DNA from: a virus
Taxonomy: Duplodnaviria > Caudoviricetes
Length of the DNA: 35,735 nucleotides
Strand: one strand, 5' to 3'
IMG/VR virus record: IMGVR_UViG_3300009079_000055
Coordinates: 1 to 35,735 of that record
Below are positions 1 through 7,507 of the stretch, piece after piece (position 1 is the stretch's first letter; each line of letters opens with the position of its first letter). Position numbers and translations under genes: made by a program. A model generated the notes under the pieces. That model saw only the letters and a list, made by a program, of their open reading frames with translations, made no database searches and was not told the DNA's origin.

Positions 1-140
1 ATCTGTTCACTCATCTTAGCTGCAACAGCTTTCTTCATTTCAAAAATCTTCTTTTCCATAATTAATGGAATAAGACTGTCGATTCGATCTTCTGCTTCTG
101 TAAACTTATGTTCTCTAATTAACTGAATGATGTTTTTCAT
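1..140 (-). CDS. 5' part of a small prohead core-like protein (gp67/gp68 class), runs off window
   Basis: Not in the ORF track. ATG at 140 overlaps the TAA of the upstream gene (TAATG). Reads MKNIIQLIREHKFTEAEDRIDSLIPLIMEKKIFEMKKAVAAKMSEQ with no stop. Charged helical pattern similar to 2030..2332; lies downstream of the portal gene. Confidence 0.6.
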   Translation of the reverse strand, partial: MKNIIQLIREHKFTEAEDRIDSLIPLIMEKKIFEMKKAVAAKMSEQ

Positions 141-640
141 TATAGTGGTCTTCTGTTAAATGCATAAGGATCTGCTGTCTGGCCTTGATCATAGTCTTCG
201 CCAGCTTTCTTTAAGTCGATGAATATTGTGGCTAATTCACCAGCACCTAGATTTGCTGTTGATATGAGTATGTGGCCATTTGAACTTGTTTCTGGATTTG
301 GAATTGTTGCCCCATCACCCATGCTTTGGAAATCATAATCAAATGATCCTGCTCCAAATGTAACAATCTCGGAGTTTGAAGCTCCTTGCCATTGCAACTT
401 CATCTTTGCATTGGCCGCAGCTACTTGCCCAAAGACGCGCTTGATAGTAGTATTGTACTTGGTTTTCGGATGAACACCTGACTGCATAATGTATCCATTT
501 GCATTTAATGCAAATCCTAATGTTGATACATTAACTAGAACTGTATTAGAACTTTGTGAACCGTCAGAGACAATGACATACTTAATCAAAGCTCTCTTAT
601 TGCTATCAATAATTTTTTGTTCTCGGATTAAATTTGCCAT
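140..640 (-). CDS. Hypothetical protein of the T4-like head gene cluster (166 aa, beta-rich)
   Basis: Tightly packed ORF between neighbours; ATG start; co-oriented. Confidence 0.7.
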   Translation of the reverse strand: MANLIREQKIIDSNKRALIKYVIVSDGSQSSNTVLVNVSTLGFALNANGYIMQSGVHPKTKYNTTIKRVFGQVAAANAKMKLQWQGASNSEIVTFGAGSFDYDFQSMGDGATIPNPETSSNGHILISTANLGAGELATIFIDLKKAGEDYDQGQTADPYAFNRRPL

Positions 641-643
641 CTT

Positions 644-2023
644 TTACTGCCTTACTGCAAACATTAGAACTTTGTTAAATGAACTAGCACTTTCATTCAG
701 CATTTGTTCCATTTTCTTTTTGTTTGTTTTGTTGATTGATTCGTATACGGTCAATAACTTTTCTGCTACTGTATTATTTATAGTAATTTCATTTTCGTTA
801 AACTTGATTGTTTGTTCCGATATATTATTCTCTACAATTGACTTGATTGTGTCTAATACATTGGATTCATTTGTCATAGCTTGTTGAGATTTTCTAGCAA
901 GTTTTTGATCGTTTCTATCTTGAACCGCCGTTGAAGATGCTTTATTAGCAAACGAACTTGATGTTGAAGGTTTGGCTGAGAAATTGTAGTTGCGTGTGGA
1001 TGGCGCATCGGGAGTATTTGATCCACTTCCTGAACCACCGCCACCACCTGCGGCACCAATACCAGCACCAGCAGCAGCCGCAGCAGCAAGACCTAATCTT
1101 CCTTTAGATGATTTTCCTTTGCCGCCTTTACCTAAACCTTTGCCTGCTGGTTTAGCAGCTTTATTTCCTTTAGATAAAACTTGACCTGCTTTTTTAGCTA
1201 TCCATCCTAACGCAGCAGTAGCAATACGATTTTCTTCTAAAGTTGTTTTCTTTGCCGCTCTAGCAGCATTTCGTGCTGTGACTGCCTTTTCAACAGCTTT
1301 TGTTCTGATTCTATCTTTTATTTTTTTATTAAGTTCAACACCAACTGCGCCCATAGCTCCTCGTATTCCTCCTCCTAGTCGCTTTGAAACATCTTGAAAT
1401 CTTTTGTTTCTTGCTGTTGGATCTGTTTCTGGTGGAACTTTACCAGTTTTTAAAATAGTACTTACTTTTTTATACTTTGGATTTCTTCTCAGAGCTTTGT
1501 TAATTCTAGCATTATCTTTATCATCATCGTCTTTAGGTTTCTTATCTTCGTTCAAACCCATCTGTATATCATTATATGGAATAGTTACATACTTGTCTAA
1601 GGCCTGTGAGTAATACAAAGCAACTTTTTGATTGTCTGGATACACTCTAATAGCCTTTCTTTTTAAGATAAGAACCGATGGCATTTCCTTATCAGTAGGC
1701 CAACCAGCCTTATATCTTGGATCAAACTTGGAATAGGTATCCATTTTAGCTTCGGATACATTATGAACATTCTGTCTAACTTTACGATATACCTGATCGT
1801 CACTAACAACCTGTGAGATAAGGGAATCAAGAAGATTGACAAGCATACGCTTTTCTTGAGAAGTAATCTTATCAGCAGACTTCTCTAGTGCCTTTTTAAG
1901 AGCAGGAAGTTTTTTGGCATCATACAAACCAGCACGAACAAGAGCGGAAAGTTTGCGGTCTTCCTTCTCTTCTTTTTCAGTGATTAAATCAAATTGCTCG
2001 CGGATCTGTTTGATGTTGTTCAT
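644..2023 (-). CDS. Putative prohead core/internal head protein, multi-segment (459 aa)
   Basis: Located in the portal-to-protease interval; segments delimited by hydrophobic-x-E sites (ITE, VSE, LNE, LEE); K/G/A-rich middle. Confidence 0.55.
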   Translation of the reverse strand: MNNIKQIREQFDLITEKEEKEDRKLSALVRAGLYDAKKLPALKKALEKSADKITSQEKRMLVNLLDSLISQVVSDDQVYRKVRQNVHNVSEAKMDTYSKFDPRYKAGWPTDKEMPSVLILKRKAIRVYPDNQKVALYYSQALDKYVTIPYNDIQMGLNEDKKPKDDDDKDNARINKALRRNPKYKKVSTILKTGKVPPETDPTARNKRFQDVSKRLGGGIRGAMGAVGVELNKKIKDRIRTKAVEKAVTARNAARAAKKTTLEENRIATAALGWIAKKAGQVLSKGNKAAKPAGKGLGKGGKGKSSKGRLGLAAAAAAGAGIGAAGGGGGSGSGSNTPDAPSTRNYNFSAKPSTSSSFANKASSTAVQDRNDQKLARKSQQAMTNESNVLDTIKSIVENNISEQTIKFNENEITINNTVAEKLLTVYESINKTNKKKMEQMLNESASSFNKVLMFAVRQ

Positions 2024-2029
2024 GTTATA

Positions 2030-2332
2030 TTACTTCTTCTTTACAGCAGTTTTTTGCTTACTCTTCGCACTCTTCATTGCTTTATCTATAACATCGTCAA
2101 ATTTACGAAGCGGTTTACTATCTGGCAAAGGACGAGCAAAATACTCTATTGGTAAAGCTTCATCAATCTGTTTCGCTTGTTCTTGCATCTGACCAAAGTA
2201 ATTCTTAGCAATTTCAATCTTGCGCTCTTCTAACTTCTCAACAGCCTTTGTAGTCAAAGCGGAAGAAAAATTTTGACGCATTTCATCTAGATTACCTTCT
2301 AGAATGCTGTCTAATGCTTTCTTAATCGACAT
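2030..2332 (-). CDS. Prohead core protein, gp67-like (100 aa)
   Basis: Small charged helical protein (MSIKKALDSILEGNLDEMRQNF...KLEERKIEIAKNYF) after the portal; AGGAG RBS and late-promoter-like box upstream. Confidence 0.65.
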   Translation of the reverse strand: MSIKKALDSILEGNLDEMRQNFSSALTTKAVEKLEERKIEIAKNYFGQMQEQAKQIDEALPIEYFARPLPDSKPLRKFDDVIDKAMKSAKSKQKTAVKKK

Positions 2333-2359
2333 GTTTATTCTCCTAAACGATTGGTATTA

Positions 2360-2367
2360 TATTTATG
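2360..2367 (-). promoter_or_regulatory. T4-type late promoter-like box CATAAATA
   Basis: One mismatch to TATAAATA; about 28 nt upstream of the 2332 start; overlaps the ART stop codon. Confidence 0.65.
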
Positions 2368-3349
2368 AATCTTCTATGACTGTGCAGTGGAATAGTGCAA
2401 TTGAACTAGTTCCGTAAGCATCCGTGAAAAGATTTGAATCGAGTACATGAGGACCTGATATGACTTTAATTCTTGATCCTCTTGGAAGAAGCGTTTCTCT
2501 TTCACCTGAATTTGCTGAAACAGCATCAAGGTATATTGCTTTTTGACCTTTTCTAAGTTCTACCTGTAATACAACTGGTTGATCTTTATCTCCAACATCA
2601 GCAAATCCACCAATAGCGGTATTGAAATCTAATGATGTAGAAACATACCCTCTAAAAACATATTCACCGCCAAGCTGAAACTTATCTGCGCTATAACGAG
2701 AACTAAGACCAGAATATACAGTATATGGAAATGGTGTCTGTGTTTCTTCAAAAGCGGAATCTAAAGTTTCTATTGTCCGATTTAAGTAATCGTCCTGTTC
2801 TTGTGTAACACCTTCATCATGACCTTTATATAGGTATCTGTTTATATCTGCGTATCCATCACCGGTATAATCTTCAATGGCTTGTAATTCTGTTTGATCA
2901 AACATGTTTGGCTGATAAAATTTAAAAAGTTCTTTATCTACCGCATTAGCATCTTTGTATAGGTCTTTTAATATTTTAGTGTCTTCTTTACTTCTTTTGG
3001 AATTAACACCGGTATAGAAATCCGCATCTTTTTTAAGAAGATCGGCCTTACTTGGTTGTGCTGGTTGCCCCTTAGCAGTCGGACTTATGTTCTTCTTTTT
3101 AGATACAGGTTCACTTTGTTGCATTGTAGAAGCTTTATAATACATATGATCAACATCATCTTGTCCTTTATATGGAACAAGTCTATCATCGTGTACTAGA
3201 TATGCAAGTTTACCTTTTCTATCAGCATAACGACCAAAACCCATATAAGTTAAACCCATCTTACGAGCTTCTTTAGAAGCCGCAGATTTAGGTTCAGACT
3301 TAGCTTGAAGTGCTAAACTTTCATCCAGATATTCACCAAACTTCTTCAA
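2363..3349 (-). CDS. ADP-ribosyltransferase, VIP2/C3-like fold (Alt-like role possible), 328 aa
   Basis: YT..GY..INRYL helix, VYSG strand, GYVSTS motif, ERETLLPRG (ExE) motif; TTG start overlapping the portal TGA with GGAG upstream. Confidence 0.85.
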   Translation of the reverse strand: MKKFGEYLDESLALQAKSEPKSAASKEARKMGLTYMGFGRYADRKGKLAYLVHDDRLVPYKGQDDVDHMYYKASTMQQSEPVSKKKNISPTAKGQPAQPSKADLLKKDADFYTGVNSKRSKEDTKILKDLYKDANAVDKELFKFYQPNMFDQTELQAIEDYTGDGYADINRYLYKGHDEGVTQEQDDYLNRTIETLDSAFEETQTPFPYTVYSGLSSRYSADKFQLGGEYVFRGYVSTSLDFNTAIGGFADVGDKDQPVVLQVELRKGQKAIYLDAVSANSGERETLLPRGSRIKVISGPHVLDSNLFTDAYGTSSIALFHCTVIEDS

Positions 3350-5073
3350 CGAACTGGCTCCAAAGTATCATTTACAAAGCGTTGACGATTCTTTGTTTGC
3401 CCCATATCCATTGGATCCATTGTATCTTTACCTGTTCCATCTTGAACTGGCATTTGTTCTGGCGCTGCGCCTTGTTGAGCGGCATATTGCTGCATCATGT
3501 TTTCAGTTGGTGTCGGCGGAACAATATTTGGCTGTGGCGGAGCAGGCGGTAATGGATTACCCATTTCATCTGTTGGAAGTGGATTACCCTGATCATCGAC
3601 CGGTGTATTAGCAGCCTTTTCTTCTTCTATCTGCTGCATGATTTCTTCAATCTCATCATCGTCCATTTGAAGAACATTCTTGCGAACCCATGCCATCGAA
3701 TAGTAACGACCAACATATGGATCAACTAACTGAAGAGTTGTGATTCTATTCTGAAGGAGTTCAGCTTCTTTAAGTTCGGTAAAGTTGTTGTCCTTCTTAA
3801 AGTCATACCAAATGTTTTCTTTAAACTCTCTCCATTCTTCTTCCGTACAGATTTTCTTAAGTACAAGTTGAAGTTTAAGTAGTTCATCGAATAGTGTGGA
3901 AAACTTGTTACGAAGACGATTGACAAACTTCGTAAACTTTAACTCATCTCTTGTGATTTCTGTTGAACGACCAAGAGAGAATCCCTGCTGTTGTTCCAAA
4001 CGAGATATAGGAACACCGAGAGCCTTATATAGTTTCTTTTCAAAATACTTAACATCTTCCAACTCACCAAGGTTCATACCACCAGGTAGAGTTGTGATTT
4101 CGGTACCTTTACCACCTTCACGACGAGGTAACCAGAAGTCTTCAAGCATGGAAAGATGCTTACGATCATCCTTGATTTCGCCTGTGCTGGAATCATATAC
4201 CAGCTTGTTACGATACTTAGCCATAACATCACGGAGATACTGTTCGGCCTTGATTGTTGGCATATTACCAACATCAATATAGAACACTCTGCGCTCTGGT
4301 GCGCGTGAGAGACGGTAGATGACTGTTGCGTCTTCTACCATACGCAATTGATTAAGTGGCTTGATAGCCTTGTGAAGATATGAGAGAACCATGGCTCTCT
4401 TTGAGTCCATTAGGCCCGAATTGACATTAACTACAGCGTCAATAGCAATCTTTGTGCCTAAGTTAGAATGAGCGCCAATCATACCTCTTTCATTGTAGAG
4501 GTAGTATTCTTTCATACTCTTAATAATTTCCATACCTGATTCGGTATCTTTTGCTTTTTGAATCTCGCGGATCTTACGAATACGGCGAGGATCAATATAT
4601 CTAAGCTCTTGAATGCCTTTTTGAGGAGACTTGTCATCGATGATAACATGATAAAATAATCTACCATCAGTATACCAACGACGGAATAATTCATGGCCCA
4701 TGTTACCAAAGTCTAGAAGCTTTAGCACATAGTCAAACTCTTCTCTAATTTTTTTCTTGATATTTTCAGGTTGTTTTAGTTCGTCGGTATCTAGTTCGAC
4801 ACCTGATTCGGAATCATCGTTAACGATTGCTTCATTAACAATCTCATCAATAGCCGTTTCCAGTTCTGGCTGCATAGCCATTTCACGATAGCGAGTGATA
4901 AGTTCGATTTCATTTCTAACAACACCGTCAAGATCGACATAGGTACCATAATAAGCACCTGATTGAATAGTTACAGCGCCGTCATCATTTTGTGGCAGCG
5001 CAAAAGACTTATTCTTTTCTTCTTGATCTTGTTGCTTCTTACGACTTATCTCAAAGCCAAAAAGTTGGACCAT
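3346..5073 (-). CDS. gp20: Portal vertex protein
   Basis: LFGF N-terminus; YLHKAIKPLNQLRMVEDATVIYRLSRAPERRVFYIDVGN; MLEDFWLPRREGGKGTEITTLPGG; gene order. Confidence 0.98.
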   Translation of the reverse strand: MVQLFGFEISRKKQQDQEEKNKSFALPQNDDGAVTIQSGAYYGTYVDLDGVVRNEIELITRYREMAMQPELETAIDEIVNEAIVNDDSESGVELDTDELKQPENIKKKIREEFDYVLKLLDFGNMGHELFRRWYTDGRLFYHVIIDDKSPQKGIQELRYIDPRRIRKIREIQKAKDTESGMEIIKSMKEYYLYNERGMIGAHSNLGTKIAIDAVVNVNSGLMDSKRAMVLSYLHKAIKPLNQLRMVEDATVIYRLSRAPERRVFYIDVGNMPTIKAEQYLRDVMAKYRNKLVYDSSTGEIKDDRKHLSMLEDFWLPRREGGKGTEITTLPGGMNLGELEDVKYFEKKLYKALGVPISRLEQQQGFSLGRSTEITRDELKFTKFVNRLRNKFSTLFDELLKLQLVLKKICTEEEWREFKENIWYDFKKDNNFTELKEAELLQNRITTLQLVDPYVGRYYSMAWVRKNVLQMDDDEIEEIMQQIEEEKAANTPVDDQGNPLPTDEMGNPLPPAPPQPNIVPPTPTENMMQQYAAQQGAAPEQMPVQDGTGKDTMDPMDMGQTKNRQRFVNDTLEPVR

Positions 5074-5092
5074 TACTCACTCCAGTTTGAAT

Positions 5093-5114
5093 GGGTGGGG
5101 ATTTCTCCCCACCC
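5093..5114 (-). terminator. Stem-loop between gp19 and gp20 (weak terminator or mRNA stability element)
   Basis: Minus strand GGGTGGGGA-GAAA-TCCCCACCC: perfect 9-bp stem with GNRA loop; followed by ATTC rather than a U-tract. Confidence 0.6.
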
Positions 5115-5128
5115 TGTTATATAATATA

Positions 5129-5725
5129 TTAGACTATACCTACGCCGCTTGGGCCGGCTTGAGTTGAATCTGTAGTAGCCCTTGATGCTGGGTTTGTAGA
5201 TTCCCACCACTGATAAGCAAAAGTTACAGCAAATTCTTCGATTGTATCATTTGCTGACCAGTCAAGTTCAATTGGACTCACATCGATTGGAAATAGTCCT
5301 ACGAACTTGTATTCCTTAATGACATTACCAGCTTTACCATACTGAGTGATATATCCATCTTTCTGGTAAGACAATGGACTTACAAGATTGCGAAGATTGC
5401 TAACATGTGAATTAAGCGAACTCATCCACTTTTCAAATGTATTACGGATCTTGAAATCTTCATCATTGATGATTGTAACTGTCCATTCTGAAAACACGCG
5501 ATTTCCTGAGAACTTTAGTTCACGACCAAAGTAGTTTACAGGAATGCTGTTTACAGTAGAACCTGGAAGCTGTGCTGCTCTACACATAAAGTTGAAAGCA
5601 ACTTCGGAACCAGTTTCGCCATTTACATTTACTGTTAAGTCTGGAATGGTGCATGAGAACAAATTAGGTCTTGCACCATCTCCTACCATTTGTGATCTAA
5701 AGTTAGCTACGTTAAACTCTGCCAT
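5129..5725 (-). CDS. gp19: Tail tube protein
   Basis: GARPNLF, CRAAQLPGS, WTVTIINDEDF, FPIDVSPIELDW..IEEFAVTFAYQWW motifs. Confidence 0.97.
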   Translation of the reverse strand: MAEFNVANFRSQMVGDGARPNLFSCTIPDLTVNVNGETGSEVAFNFMCRAAQLPGSTVNSIPVNYFGRELKFSGNRVFSEWTVTIINDEDFKIRNTFEKWMSSLNSHVSNLRNLVSPLSYQKDGYITQYGKAGNVIKEYKFVGLFPIDVSPIELDWSANDTIEEFAVTFAYQWWESTNPASRATTDSTQAGPSGVGIV

Positions 5726-5743
5726 TTTATTCTCCTCTGAATC

Positions 5744-5751
5744 TATTTATG
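5744..5751 (-). promoter_or_regulatory. Late promoter-like box CATAAATA for gp19
   Basis: Intergenic, followed by GAGGAG RBS and ATG at 5725. Confidence 0.7.
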
Positions 5752-5764
5752 TTCATTTTATTAA

Positions 5765-7447
5765 TTAAAACTTACCAACGATTTCATCAAAGGCAACACC
5801 AGTTCTAACAGCAACAAAGTTAAGCTGAATAAAGTTGATGCTTCTAGCAGGCTTGATGTAGATATCACCAATAAATTCGTTGCGGTCAATAACTTCTGGA
5901 GTGTTATTGGTTTGATCGCAAACTACACGGTATTGGTAAATACCACGACGACCTTGTACATCACGAAGATATGGTTCTACAAGCGAAATGAACTGAGCGC
6001 GTGTAAATTCGTCATTGAATTCGAATAGTGAATACTTAGCCGCTCTTGCAATTGCCTTCTCAAGGACAATAAACAATCTACGAACATTGATACGATCAAA
6101 TGCTGATGGACGAGCAAGAAGTGTTTTATCACCATATAGAACTGTACCTTCGCCAGGGAATGTTACAACTGGATTAACACCTTTCTTGTATAGCTCATCT
6201 CTTGCAGTCTTGTTTGGATTCCAAGAAAGCTTGACAACATTCTTGATCTGGCCACGATTGAATCCAGCTGGTGAGTACCATGGATCACGCTCAAAGTCTG
6301 TTCTTACACATAGGCCAGCAATATCGCCGTTTAGTGGTACCCAACGATATACATTGTTGTACTTGTCAAATTGATATTTCCAACCTGAGTCCATTACAGC
6401 ATATGAAGATGATGTTATTTCATCTCTATATGCAGTTATATCTGTTACTTCTTCGCCTTGGTTGTTTATAGCATTAGCTGATGGCGGAGAAATAAATGCT
6501 ACGCAATCTTTACGAGATTCTGCAATATTATCTATAATATGTTCTGCGACTGTTTGATGTGCAGCGCCAGCCATAATTAACGAAATATCAACTTCTTCAG
6601 CATTTTTAAATTTATCATAACCGTTAATTAAATCGCTGTTTGTTACAGTAGAAGATACACCATTAGCAAGTACAAGAGAAACAGCAACATTGTTATTAAA
6701 AGTTAAACCAGATGCTGTAGAAATACCCCAATTTGAATTGGCAGCATGTCCCATAACATAGAAATATTTAGAACGATCATTAATTACATTTACATAGTAG
6801 CTTGATGATCCGTCATCAGTTTTTGCATCCGACGCTTTTGAAACATATGCAAATTTTTCAAGTATTGTGTTTGGAGTTCCTGTAAACTTACCTTTTTGAT
6901 CGATGACAATGATATGGATCTCATCATTTGCTGTGCCGCGACCACTAGCATAATTAGAAGTTGAAGGAACAGAATCAAACTGATTCTTATATGCCCATAG
7001 TGCCCAGGCAGCATTATTTCCTGATTCTGTGAACATAGAAATTTCTAAACCATTGCCCTTATCGCCAGGATAACGAGCGGCCACTCTACTAGTACCAGTG
7101 GAAGACACAGCAGTTAGATAATCATAGTTATAATCATCTTGATTTTCAATTAAAATTCCTGATCCATCGTTTGCGTTTTTATCAGATGAACTGGCTGAGC
7201 GTACAACCTTAAGATTTCTAGCATAAGATAAGAAGTTTGCGGCAGTAAACCATGTTGCGAAGTTAGTAGAGTCGGGTTTACCAAAACGATCGGCCAACTC
7301 AATTTCGTTTGAAATTGTTACGATAGTGTTAGCTGGGCCCCAATTAAATTGTCCTGCAATAGCACCTTCTGTTGTTCCAACTGATGGAACAATAGTAGTA
7401 AGGTCATATTCAGATACATTTACACCTGGTGACAGTTGAAATGCCAT
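5765..7447 (-). CDS. gp18: Tail sheath protein (560 aa)
   Basis: LSPGV N-terminus; PWYSPAGFNRG; GDKT; FDRINVRRLF; FEFNDEFTR; IKPARSINFIQLNFVA. Confidence 0.98.
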   Translation of the reverse strand: MAFQLSPGVNVSEYDLTTIVPSVGTTEGAIAGQFNWGPANTIVTISNEIELADRFGKPDSTNFATWFTAANFLSYARNLKVVRSASSSDKNANDGSGILIENQDDYNYDYLTAVSSTGTSRVAARYPGDKGNGLEISMFTESGNNAAWALWAYKNQFDSVPSTSNYASGRGTANDEIHIIVIDQKGKFTGTPNTILEKFAYVSKASDAKTDDGSSSYYVNVINDRSKYFYVMGHAANSNWGISTASGLTFNNNVAVSLVLANGVSSTVTNSDLINGYDKFKNAEEVDISLIMAGAAHQTVAEHIIDNIAESRKDCVAFISPPSANAINNQGEEVTDITAYRDEITSSSYAVMDSGWKYQFDKYNNVYRWVPLNGDIAGLCVRTDFERDPWYSPAGFNRGQIKNVVKLSWNPNKTARDELYKKGVNPVVTFPGEGTVLYGDKTLLARPSAFDRINVRRLFIVLEKAIARAAKYSLFEFNDEFTRAQFISLVEPYLRDVQGRRGIYQYRVVCDQTNNTPEVIDRNEFIGDIYIKPARSINFIQLNFVAVRTGVAFDEIVGKF

Positions 7448-7487
7448 AGTATCTCTCCTTTGTGAAGTGGATTATTCTTGTTGTTAT

Positions 7488-7495
7488 TATTTAGA
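7488..7495 (-). promoter_or_regulatory. Late promoter-like box TCTAAATA for gp18
   Basis: Intergenic, 40 nt upstream of the gp18 start; AAGGAG RBS follows. Confidence 0.6.
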
Positions 7496-7507
7496 AAAAT
7501 GAAGATT

